Shown: in pieces, positions 36,664 to 48,616 of the stretch
How the letters are laid out: each line of letters opens with the position of its first letter
Numbering within the stretch: position 1 is the stretch's first letter
Program-made: the position numbers and the translations under genes
The notes under the pieces: generated by a model
What the model was told of the DNA's origin: nothing
The model's input: the letters and a program-made list of their open reading frames with translations, nothing else
Databases searched by the model: none
Assembly: GCA_001244265.2 (NCBI GenBank)
Contig: CDLV01000006.1
Coordinates: 1,736,001-1,800,000 of the forward strand
Origin: Microbotryum violaceum
Lineage: Eukaryota
Reading direction: 5' to 3'
DNA length: 64,000 bases

Positions 36664-38978
36664 TCAAGGGATCGTCCGGGCGAACGCTTCGACGTCCGTA
36701 TCGGAGGCCATCGCGTCGACGAGCCATTTGTATTCCTGTACACGAGCAACAACTCGCCAACTGGTCAGCCCATGAACTGATGACCGTGTCAAGCACCACG
36801 TACCAATAACTCCTTCGGCGTCGGCCTTGCGAGATCCTTCGGCAACGGCCCCTTCTTCTTGACGTTCCACCCGATCGGTTCCTTCCTCAGCATCGCATTG
36901 ACAAACTCTTGCGCCTCGGGACTGAAACGATTCGCAGGGAGAGATGGAGCTGGTTCGTTGACGATGTACTGCAATAGTTCGAGAATGGACATTTGATGGC
37001 CCGATCCGGCGAGGGAGACACCAGCGACGCTCCGACGTTTACGATCGTCATTCCGCGCGGCATCGGTCTCGGCATCGACAGCAGCGTCAACACTGCCACC
37101 ACCAGCTTTGCGCCGTGCGACCCGCTTCTGTTCAGCCGCTTCCAACGTCCCCGCCCGTTCCTCAGGTCGCACAGGCGACAGCGTCTCATCACCGGGGTAA
37201 TCCTCATCCGCGATGCGCGCCAACCTCGCCGATCGTTTGTCGAGCACAACGACTTCGTCGTCGTCGCTGTCGTCGTCGCTACGCCCGTCGTCGGACGCAA
37301 AGGGGAAGCGCCCAATCGCGAGTTCGACGAGGGTGATACCAAGTGACCAAACGTCGGATTTGACCGTATACGGATCACCGGAGATGCGTTCGGGCTGCGG
37401 AGCGTGCGGGAGGGGAGAAAGCTGATGAGCACCTGAGAGAATGCGCGGGCCACGACTCGCACGAGCACACTCACGCTCATGTAGGTGCTGGTCCCGACGA
37501 AGGTGTCAGCGATCGAGTTGATGAGTTCGCCCGAGACGCCAAAATCGCAAATCTTGATCTGGCCTGCCGAGTTCAGCAATACGTTCGAGGGCTTGACGTC
37601 TGCGAGAAGTGGGGGGGGGGGGGGGGGGGGTGAGTGCCACGATTCGGGCACGAAGGTCGTTCGAGACGCGCGAGGGACTGACCTCGATGCATGATTTTGT
37701 GGACATCGTAAAGGTATGTCAGACCCGAGACGACGGCGAGCGCAATCTTGCCCAATATCGGTTCGGGTATGGGGCCGACGCGTTTGTATATCTGGTCCAA
37801 AGAGCTGGGAGGTGGGATCACCGCGCGTCAGCCTCCGACTTTTCGTCGTCCGCGCCCACACACATCGCTTACTCACCCCTTGTCCATATATTCCATGCAC
37901 ATGCAAATATACGGGTCTCGAAGGTACGCACCGTAGAACGAGACGATGAAAGGGGACGAGCAATCGTGCATGATTTGTAACTCGCGAAGAATCTGCTTGC
38001 GTGTCGTCGCCGATGTCGCGATGTGTACGACCTACAGAAGGGGACGCGCATGGAGAAAGGAATCAGTTCTGGGGGTTGCGAACGTGAAAACCTCGGTGGG
38101 ATATGCGTCCAAGAACGAACCTTTTTGGCCATGATAGCCTGGGTCGGGACATGCCGACAGCGCGTGACGGTCCCACCATTGCCGCTCCCAAGCTCCTCCA
38201 AAACCTCCAAGTCCTCGGTCCGCAAGTCAAGCTTGAATTCGACGCCAAGTTCGAGCGTTGCCAACTGTTCGCTCAACCGGTTCTGATACCTCTCACGATC
38301 CTGGGACATGCTGACGCCGGAAGCGGTGGACGACAGCGACGAAGCCGACAACCCCCCGGGAGTGATGGGCAACAACGGCGAGGAAGCCGATGACGAAGCC
38401 GAGGTTGCCGACGACGCGATCGATCGCCGCGAGGTCGTACGGGACGAGCCCGAGACTTGGACCGGGGCCGAAGTCTTTGAACTTTGAGGAGCTCTCGTGG
38501 CGACGGATTCGCCCCCACCTGTACACGTCGCGCCGCGCGTCGAGGACGAATCGTTGGCGCCGGCACTGAGCAGTTCCGCGGCCGAGGTGTTGGACAATGT
38601 GCCCGGTTTGGCCGCTTCGGCTGTAAGGGCGAGACCTTTCTTGTTGCGGTTCTTGCGGGTCGAGAGCGGAGTGGGTGTGGTCGCAGTTGGGGTGGCGGCC
38701 GCGTCCGTTTCGGCTGTTGCCGAGGTCGAGGTCGAGGTCAAGGTCGATGTCGACGGCGCCGAGCACGACGACGAGATCACTAGTCGAGGGCGGGGCGGCG
38801 CAAAAGGACTGGCACTCGTACCCGTGCTCGATATCAACCTCGATGATGTCCGGACGGGGATGGCGGGTGCGGGTCGGGAGTGGGGAGCGGCGTTCACGGG
38901 CTGGCTTGGACGAGGCTCGTCGTTCAGGAAGGGGCCAGCTGCTGCACCATTCGACGAAAAGGCCTTGGCGTCGGCCAT
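36664..38978 (-). CDS. STE7: MAP kinase kinase, Ste7/Fuz7 (pheromone pathway) type
   Basis: Basic docking motif [67 protein letters not shown]. Confidence 0.92.
37611..37630. repeat. Poly-G tract (20 nt) in a MAPKK intron
   Basis: Read directly. Confidence 0.9.
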
Positions 38979-39548
38979 GTCTACCTCTGGGCGTAGGAGT
39001 GACAAGGAGAGGGAGAAAGCACACGATACGTCTGTCTATTGACCGGCGAGGGGGCGATGCGATCGAGCTCGAGAGGGGACACGGGGGCACGGCGGGGTGG
39101 GTGCCAATCAATCAGTGTGAGCGACGGCGGCGGGTGAAGCCGGTGAAGGACAGTTGAGCGACCCTTTGACAGCCTTTGACCGGCGGGCAAGTGCATTTCA
39201 AATTTCAGCGAATTTCAGCCCCGATCTCACGCCGCCTCACGTGCGTGCACTAATTAGCGCCAACGCAAATTGAGCAGCCCCGATTGTGGATCACGAACGA
39301 TCCTTGCAAACGAACGCCTGGATATTCTTCAAATGCCCACTCTAGCGCTATCGAGGACTTTCTGGGAGTAAAGCACAGGAGACCGGACCTATTTCACATG
39401 CTCAATAGGGCAAAGCCCACGCACGGCCGTTATGACTCGGACGCCCTTCCTTCCGCCAGATCCTCTGAGCCGAATGCTTCGCACAGCAGAATTTGCACGC
39501 ATTGTTTCTTCTAAGAATACACAACAAGACAGAACCACCCCCCGTTCT

Positions 39549-40412
39549 TCACTCCCTGATGGCTTCTTCCAGCTGTTGCGACTCTCGGTCGAGCACCTCG
39601 GCGCGTTCGAGCTCGCCGCGACTGCGAAGAATCTCCGCGGCTTGTAGAGCTGCTCGACGTCGTTCGGCCAAGACCTGCTTGATCCTCGCCATCGTCTTTT
39701 GAACCTGAAGATCCGAAAAGAGTGCGCGACGTCGAAGACGTACCCGTGCGTCAGGCGTCAGCCACGGAGTGCGCCGAGGAGACGGCCATGTGGAGAAAGA
39801 ATGCGACGACGTACCATGCGTAGTTTTTGGCTGTGCATCGAGAAGCTACTCAAATCGATCCGCAACCTAGTGGCTTCCTCGCGTTGGGTCAACAACGTGT
39901 TCCTCTCCCGCAGCGCGATGTACCACAGTTGGTGCAGGTCCGTGAACGATTTTCGTCGCAGCTCGAACGACGTCCATGAGCGACCTGGCGCCGCGCCGCG
40001 GGAGGAGACAGAAGAGTCAGGCCGTGCGCATGAAACAGTCCTACCCCGTTGTAGCAGCGATGGTGTTGAACTGACTCGTATTGTCCTTTCGCTTGTCCGG
40101 CGCGATGAGCGACTGCTTGTCATGGAAGAAGTGCCAAAGCGGATGCGCCGACGTATCCGTCTCGGACCGGACCGGTCGAACACCCTGACCGGGCTTGGAC
40201 GTCTCGGGTGGGATACCGTACGTCGTTTCGTCTCGTTTGGGACGACCGGCTGTGGAGGACGCGAAGCGCGGGGATGGTCGGGAGCAGGAGGCGAGGCTTG
40301 AAGAAGCTGAGGTGCTGGCGTGGGTGTAGGAGGACCAGCTTGCAGCGGTCGAGCGGGTGCTCGTCGCCGCGAAGCTGTTGAACATAGGTCGTAAAAGTGT
40401 TCGAGACGTCAT
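39549..40412 (-). CDS. MRPL4: Mitochondrial ribosomal protein uL29m (MRP-L47 family)
   Basis: [51 protein letters not shown]. Mitochondrial-type N-terminus. Confidence 0.92.
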
Positions 40413-41305
40413 GGCGAAGATGTTCGGGTGGAGGGAGGTGGTGGGTGGTGGAGACAGAGCCCGGCTGCGATGGAGCTTGGCGGCGGCGGCAATCGACGTT
40501 CGGCTCATTTTCCTGAGAGCGACTCCGTCGGATCCGCCCTCATTCCATATCTCAAATGTCAAGTTGCTTCGCTCCGTATCGGCGGTTGCAGATTGCGTTG
40601 TAATTCAGGAGCATCATGAAAACATAACTTTGTACACGTGTGATCTCATTCAGTGACGTGAGTCATTTTCATCCCCGGCCTTTCGTGTGTCCGATCGGCA
40701 CCGATCGGGAGTTCGCATTATTCTTCTGAGGAAGGTGCCTTCGATCGACTGACGGCTTCAACATGGGCATCTCCGCGATCTAAGCTATCTTACGAGTTTA
40801 CGCATCGCTATTTTAAATATCGACCGTCACTTTTCTCGCGACGGTGACATTTGGTGTTCCTGCGGATACAGCGGCCTGAAAAATATCCGGCGGCACTGGA
40901 CGAGCGCGATCGCGATTCGGCGAGCGGTCGAGTTTGCCGATGAGCCTATTATCGGAGAACCCCATTTGAGGCGACGGTGCCACCGTTACAAGAACCCGAA
41001 TTGACACGAGACAAGCATTACTCTACGCGCACAGAAGAAAAAGCTTCATGCGGCACGATTTTTGCGCGTCAAGCGACGCCAAGGAGGTTTTCACTTGAGC
41101 TTCTGATTGGGTTTTCCGGCTATTCTGGGAAATCGACCGCGGTGGGGCTGCCACTGCAGTGGCAGCCTGAGAGGGCAAGCGCGGCCGCGCAGCTTCGGTG
41201 ACGGTTGACTGGTCTGTCCCTCTTTGCTCTCCGTCCCTTTCCTTTCTCTGGGTAACGAGACTTTGCCCGACCCCGACCCAATCACCAAGCCCTAGGCTAC
41301 CCACC

Positions 41306-43189
41306 ATGGCATCCACACTCGCGCAGTACGGCAAGACCAAGATGGCCAAAGGGTCAGTAATACCCGTACGGCTTGTTGCGATTGGGTCGTCGGAGCTCGG
41401 CGGTCCGGGATGCGGGAACCGATTTCGGAGCTGCGAAGCGAGGCTTCAACCACGTCGACCCGACAAATTAGGACAGAAAAGGCTAATTCGACCTTACATG
41501 CTGCGCCAAACTACCACAATTCAGTGTTGGTCGATTCACGGACCTCGTCATGGCTTCGGGCCAAGGTAAGTCGTACTACAGCTGCCGCCCACGTCACCTT
41601 CGGTCGACGGCTCGGCGGTTGTCCGATATCGCCTCGGTTCGATTGCTGTCGAAGCGATTCACTGATCTATCGATCTCGGCTGCCTTGCCCTTCCACCATC
41701 CAATCAGGCGCCTACGTCAAGACCGAATGCGGCCGAACCTTGCTCGACTTCACTGCTGGTATCGGAGTCACCAACCTCGGTCACTGCCACCCCCACGTGA
41801 CCAAGGCCGCGCAAGACCAGTGCGCGACCCTCGTCCACGCCCAGGTCAACATCGCCTTTAACAAGCCGTACGTCACTTCCCGAACGTGACCTGAAGAATT
41901 ACTCTACTCAAACGTAAAACTACCGGAAACTCAACCCTAGGCAATTTGTACCTTTCTCACAGTTACCTCAAGTTGATCGAAAAGCTGCAACCCGTCATGC
42001 CCCACCCTTCGCTCGACACCTTCTTCTTCTGGAACTCGGGTGCCGAAGCCGTCGAGGCTTCGATCAAGTTGGCCCGTCACGCGACGCGCAAGCAGAACAT
42101 TATTGTCGTCCAAGGTTCCTACCACGGTCGTGAGTTGTGTCTCTTGAAGGAGGGTCAGTGAGGCGCGGCTGAATTCGTTTCGTTCGCAGGCACGTACGGC
42201 ACGATGGCGCTCACGCGCAGCAAGACGATCTACGCAGAAGGTTTTGGCCCCTTGATGCCCGGCGTATTCGCGACGCCGTTTCCGTACTGGCACCAAATGG
42301 GTCTTCCCGAGTCGACTTCCCGCGAGGAGCTCGTCAAATCGGCGTTGTACCAGTTGGAACTCCTGTTGAAGCAGCAAAGCGCCCCTCGCGATACGGCCGC
42401 CTTGATCCTCGAGCCCGTGCTCGGCGAAGGTGGTTACCTCCCCTCCCCTCCCGGCTTCCTCGAGGGTCTGCGCAAGATCTGCGACGTCAACGACATCCTC
42501 CTCATCATCGATGAGGTGCAGTCCGGTTTCGGTCGAACGGGCAAGTACTTTGCGATCGAGCACTACCCGACCGTACGCCCCGACATCCTCGTCATGGCCA
42601 AGGGGATCGCGAACGGTTTCCCGCTCAGTGGGATCGTCTCGCGCAAGGAGTTGATGGACCTTCAACCGGCCGGATCGATGGGTGGCACCTACGGTGGTAA
42701 CGCCGTTGCTTGCGCGGCCGGTATCGCGTGCGCCGAGGTGATGCAAGAGGAAAAGATTCTCGCCAACGTGGAGGCGCGAGGGTCCGAGATGTTCGAGATG
42801 TTGAACGAGCTCAAGCGTGATGACAAGATCGGCGATACGATCGCCGAAGTGCGCGGTTTGGGTCTCATGATTGGTATCGAATTCAAGTCGCCTACGGACC
42901 CGTATACGCCTTCGAAGATTGGGCAGAAGATCCCGGCCAAGATGTCGTCGAGGGTGCAGGCCAAGTGCTTGGAGAAGGACATGATGACGCTCACGACGAG
43001 TGTGTACGAAACGATCCGGTGAGTGCATGCATAAAATGTTGTTGAGGAGTTTCCAAGATGCAGCCGAACTGAACGAGATTGGCCTCTTCCACCAGATTCA
43101 TCCCGCCCTTGAACATTACCAAAGAAGAGATGAAGAAGGGTTGCGATATTGTGCGCGAGGCCATTATCGAGGTCGTCAAGGAGGGTTGA
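41306..43189 (+). CDS. PLP-dependent class-III aminotransferase (GabT/acetylornithine aminotransferase-like)
   Basis: LDFTAGIGVTNLGHCHP, NSGAEAVEA, YHGR, EPVLGEGG, IIDEVQSGFGRTG, MAKGIANGFPLSG, GGTYGGN. Substrate not determined. Confidence 0.92.
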
Positions 43190-43618
43190 GGATCCAGCGT
43201 GATTTGGTCTGATGCTATGTTTAGTGAGCTCTGCGAGGCCGTGTATGGAATCTGAGGAACTGCTCGCTGCTCGCTCGCCCTTCGTGATTATCGTTGAATT
43301 GGCTCTCCGCTACATTACTCTCCACGAGAGATGAGGGCGTAGCCTTCTGCCAGTCTAAACATTCAGGTTTAACAACGGCTCAGTTCTGCCGGAGACGAGT
43401 ATAGTAGCTCCCTTCCGCATTCAGCAGTCGGCGCGATCATGAAATAGGGGAGTTCAAAGCCGATAATCACCTCGATCGAATCGCCGCCCGCGCGCGGCGC
43501 TGGGCAAACGGCTCAGAACCGGCAGCCTCGCCGCCGGTTCGGGCGCTCTCACCCCTTCCTCGAGCTTCCTCCGTCCTCCCGCATCCCGCTCCGCTATAAG
43601 CTCTCCGTCTCGTTCAGC

Positions 43619-44759
43619 ATGTTCTCCCGCGCCGCCGTCCGAGCCAGTCGTCAAGCCTTTGCCCGTCGATCCTATTCAACCGCCTCGAGCCATGCTTCGC
43701 CTACTGCCCAATCGTCGGATGCGATCTGGATGGTGAGTTGCTCCCTGATCAACTTCGTCGCTCGTCGTGAATGCCTCGGGCGCTCCGCCGCGGGAGCTGG
43801 CCTGGCTTGCTGGCCTGGCTTGCTGGCCTAGCTCAGCCAGCCCGGCGAGCTGGCCTTCGCCTCTGGCGTCATTACTCGATTTCGCCCTCGCCCAGAGCCG
43901 GATCACCCCCTCGCATCTTCCATCAACCGCTTCTCGGCTCGATCTATGGCCCAATCCCTTCAATTACAAGGCTTGTCCGATGATGTGGAGGTGTAGCGGT
44001 GCTTGACTCGGAGCATCCCAGCGTAGCATCAAGAGCTCCTGGTCTCGGCTTCGCTTCGCATCGCCGGCGGAATCGGCTTCTTCTCTTCGAGCCTAGACCC
44101 CATTCGGGACCCGCCTCACCCTGCTCTTCAAAAGCTCTAGTAATGCTGGATGATGCATCACCGTACGGAGGATCTCGATACGACTGTGCTGACTCCGCAC
44201 CACCCCCTTTTTATGCGAGTTAGATCGGATCGGCTGCCGTCTTTGTTCCCACCATCTTGTAGGTCCATGAATTGACGTATGTAGGCTTGTAAACACATCG
44301 AACCGATCACTGACAAGGTGTCAAGCTTCCACCCTCTATCGCAGCTACCTCACCCGCCCCCCTGCCGTCGCGGCTCAGCACGCCCACACCGACAAGGATG
44401 ATCACGTCTCGCCGTCTCGCAAGGAAATCGGCTCGTCTCCTGTGCCCAAAGCATTCGAACCCGAGAAGGAGGAAGAGACCCCCGAGTCTGAACCCGCATC
44501 CGAGTCCGATTCCGAGTCCGAGCCCGAGGCCGATTCCAAGAGCTCGACCAGCGACGCGGACAAGCCTTCGAACGATGCCGAGCGAGACGTCAAGACCACC
44601 GCCGAAGCCGCGACCGCCAACGCCGCCGAAGAGGGCCACAGTTCGGCCCACGAGATGAAGACGCACAAGTCTTCGGGACCCAAGGACGTTCATGAGGCGG
44701 CCAAGACGGCGCAGCAGAGCTTCACAAAGGAGAAGGAGGAAGGGGAGGAGGAGAAGTAG
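43619..44759 (+). CDS. Hypothetical mitochondrial single-pass membrane protein with acidic tail
   Basis: Presequence MFSRAAVRASRQAFARRSYS. Spliced IWM|IGSAAVFVPTIL|YLT forms a TM segment, followed by a Glu/Ser-rich C-terminus. Confidence 0.7.
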
Positions 44760-45038
44760 AAGGACTCGCCGCACGCCGTTAGCAGTAGAAGAAGAAGCCC
44801 GACTGACGCCTTGCCTCATGGGCGGAGGAATGGAAATATAAACAACAGAAGTAGATCTATACCTAACCTAGGCTCTTTCCCATGTGCTGGTCGATTTCCA
44901 TTACGACCCGGAGAGGGGACCACCCTCTCCTTCCACGCTCTCCACAGGGCAAAGAGCGACTGATCGTCTACTGAACTTACAACACGGAGATAATGAATGT
45001 GGAGAGGTTACAACAATAGGCCACAAAGTCTCATGACA

Positions 45039-47100
45039 CTACAAAACGAGGCTCTGGCGGCCGCGGTCGTCGCTCGTCAGGCGTCCCCACTCCAAAGCAA
45101 TCAGCCACGCATGCAGCATCAGGTCCTCCCTCCGCGCGCACTGCGACGCCCAGGTGGTACCCCTCTGCGCGATCTGCCGCAATTTGTCGTCCCTCGAGAA
45201 TCCACGTTCAGCCTCCTTGGTCTTGCGCCAACCGACCAGACGCATCAAACCCAACTTGTGCGCATGCTCCACCGCGGGGGCACCGCCAAAGAAGTAGCCG
45301 AGGACCGAGTAGAGCTCGGTCAGTCTTACGCCGATGGGGATGTAGTGGTACCAAGGGATGAGCGAATCCTCGATACCTTCTCGAAATAGATGAGCCTTGA
45401 CGACCGCGCCTCGGCTCTTCATGAAGGTGCGAAAACGACCCGAGTAAGCGGTGCCGTCGAGATCGAGCATCATTTTGCTCTTGTAGTTCTCCGAAAAAGG
45501 TACGCGGCCCGTGTAGCGGAAGCTGGGCTCAGTCTTTTGGTAGTAGAGCGAATTGGGGTGACCTTGATCAGGGGAGGCAAAGGCGATGTCCGTGAGCGCA
45601 CTGTTGAGTGCTGCGGCGGGAAGTTTGGCATGAATGATACGGTCGTCCGCATCGGCGAGGAGCACGTCCTCGATGTGAGGCCATTCGCTCGGTCGGTTCG
45701 TCTTGGAAACGACGCGCGACCTCAACCATCCTCGCCAGTTCAAATCGAGCGAATACCCGCCCGTGTTGCTGCCTCGCCAAAACAAATTCGGCTTCTTCAT
45801 CTCCCACTTTGGGTCCTCGTGGGCGAGGTGCGGACTTTCATTGAACCAATACCACCACGAAGGGATGAGGATGTCATGGTAACCGCCGATGCGCGAGTTG
45901 CTGAAAACAGGGAAGAGTTGGTTCCAGTACGTGAACGAGAGAGGGTGGATGTAGGCTGAATGCAACGATGCGAGATCGGGTTGGTCGCACCAGGTGTCTT
46001 GTTCTATTCGAGGTGAGACGAGGAAATTGCCGCGCGCGGTCGTGAAGAGCTTGGTATACTTTTGCGTGATCACCGGGTCCTTACCAGGGGCTTCGGGAAG
46101 CTCGGCGTGGCGAAAAGGCGAGTCGGGTGGGCAAGCCGCACGCAGAGCCTCAATCGAGGTCGGACAGTCCCCTCTCATACACGTATGGTCGAACTTGGAG
46201 AGCGTGTAGGGTCTGGCACCGAAGCTGTAGACGGTGAGCGACTCGTTGATAGGGGCGCGGACCTTCCTCGTTGCCGCCATCTTCTCTAATCCATCCCGGA
46301 GCTCGAAGGGGAGTGACATCCGTGGTTCGTCGTAGGCGTTGATGAACATGTCGACTTTTAGTTGGTAAAATTTGGAGCAATCAGTTGGAATATTCGAGCT
46401 ATCCAGTGACCAGGCCATAACAAATAGGAACGCGGACCAGGTGTGGGCTGGTGAGTTTCCGGATGATGACGAAGGCGTAACTCACGATCGGGCAAGGCGA
46501 CATTGAACTGTTCTGTTGTGACTTCTAGCATCTCATGAAACGCCTTTCGTGCGTCACTCTCGAATCCGAGGCTACCCTCTCGCTCCAGCTCGTTGATGCT
46601 GACAACCTGGCCACCCCTGACTCGGACCCGCCCCATCCCTCCGAAGGTACCGAGCTGCTCTTGCCTCTGCCTGTGTCCCAATAGTTTGGTTCGGTCAGTT
46701 TTGTCAATCCGAGTTGAGCACAAAATTACTTCACCCACCTAATTTCTTCGCCACCCAGTGCCCAATACACCGCAAGCGACTGATAAAGGTCCTCGAACCC
46801 ATCGATGCGACAAGCCTTGAGACTGCGCGCCGTACGAAACCATTGCTCATAACCCTTCGGTGGTGATCGCTTATGACGAGCAATATACTTGTTCACCGCT
46901 TCCTCCAACGTCTTGGGTTGCTCCTGTTGGCGCGCTCGATGAATCGCTTCCCCTCTTCGGAGGAGGAGCGAGATCGGATGAACCGACGAGGACGATGACG
47001 TCGCTCGACGACGCTCGAGGTACGAGAGAAGGAGCCACACGCAGAGGAGCGCCGAGGTGTATTGCAGGAATCGTCGTTTGACAAAGGTGTAATGCGCCAT
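45039..47100 (-). CDS. CAP10/Cxt1-like glycosyltransferase family 90 (putative xylosyltransferase)
   Basis: Type-II anchor, YIARHKRSPPKGYEQWF, LPD|VDMFINAYDEPR, DILIPS, KKPNLFWRGSNTGG, LDLDGTAYSGRF, LIPWYHYIP, LEWGRL. Confidence 0.9.
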
Positions 47101-48616
47101 TTTTTAAAGGTACTGTCTTCCCGTAAAGGATGAATTTTCGGGTTCGGTAACGGACGACGGCGCGGCGATCGTCCCGGGGGGTGAAATCGACTGCGAAGAT
47201 CTTGGATCGGTCGGCGACTGAAACTCCTCGGCAACTGTAACTGTAATGCGCTCGGTGAATCGACGACGAAGACCGAGGCTGCTTGCCGCAAGTTGAAGCT
47301 GTTGCTGAAGGTGCAAACACAGTGGAACAAAGCAAGACTGGAGCGGAGCTTACAGCCAAAGGGACTAGGATGACCGGATGACCACTCGAAGCGATGCTGG
47401 GCGAAACTAAAAGCTTGTTTGAAGGACAACTCCAAGAGCTCGGGGCGCCGCCGGGATAATCGAGGCGGCGAGCGCCTCTGAGCGCTCCCGCGCTGCGCAG
47501 TTCGCGCAGCTGCGCCAGCGTCAGCCGGTCAGCCAGCTAATAGCCCACTCGAGCTCGGAGAGGAGGCGAATCGAATCGAAATCAATCTCAAATGCACGGT
47601 GCCTGTTTTCTATAAGTCAGCACAACTTTAGAAATAGACGAAGGTTTGCAGGGAGCAGTCCGTAAGCCCCTTCCCCCTCTCCCAATGAAGTTGGGCATCT
47701 TTCCATGTGAATCCGCTTGGTCGTTCAGTCAATTGTCTGGATCAGGGAGCCCCGAGGCGGCGCCGCCGCCTCAGCCAAGACACGCAACCCCGTATTTTCC
47801 AAGCATCCGCCGCCAACTCAACTCTGGGCGGCCCCTAAAAATGCTGTGCAGGCATGTTTGAGGACAAGGGATGCGAAAGGGCTCATGTTTGGTTCTCAAA
47901 CAACTCAGCAAATTGAGTTCGACTTCATAAACAAGTCCGTGTCGGGGTGGAGGGGGGATGGGGGCCGGGCGAGTGCCTGTGCTGCTGCGCTTCGCAACGG
48001 GCGCTGCCAACGGTGGACAGCAGCAGCCTCAGCTCTTCTGGTCGAAGCCACCCGATTCCGATCAGTACGGGTTGAGGAAGAAAGTGGTAGGACAAAGCAC
48101 TCTATAAGTCGACGAGTATATAGGTATGGCCTCAAGTCAAAGTGTTTTTGGGATCCTCGGTTGCTGTAACGAGGCGCATATGATAGCGCTCGCAGCGGCA
48201 GCAGGGGCGATCGTCGAGGTCGAGCGGCGGTATCCGGACCGACGTCTCTAGCTGTTACGGCAACACCGCACAAACCCCTCCTTTGGGCTTCTATTTCGTA
48301 AGACCGGCGCCTCTGACAGTCCGAGCATGCAACTGCTAGGTGAGCACATGCAGCCCGATAATCCGTTTCTAATTTGATTTACCGGCCTCGATTCGTCCCT
48401 CTCGGTTGAAAGCAGAGTATATGCGGAAAACCAGGCGTCTTCTAGTATTCGCACACGCTCATGCACAAGCACAAAGGAAGGGAGAGTGGAGAAAGTATGT
48501 ACTCAAATTTGAAGCTACCGTCTCACGCCAAAAAAAAAACAAAAAAAAAACATCAAGGTGGGGCCGTAGTCCATTTGCGGCTGGCGTTGGGGCCAAGAGA
48601 GGGGTTGATTATTTGA

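Noticed and set aside
36664-38978. Mating-type locus suggested by the Ste7 gene and TE density
   Set aside because: No pheromone, Ste3 receptor or homeodomain genes were recognised in the window.
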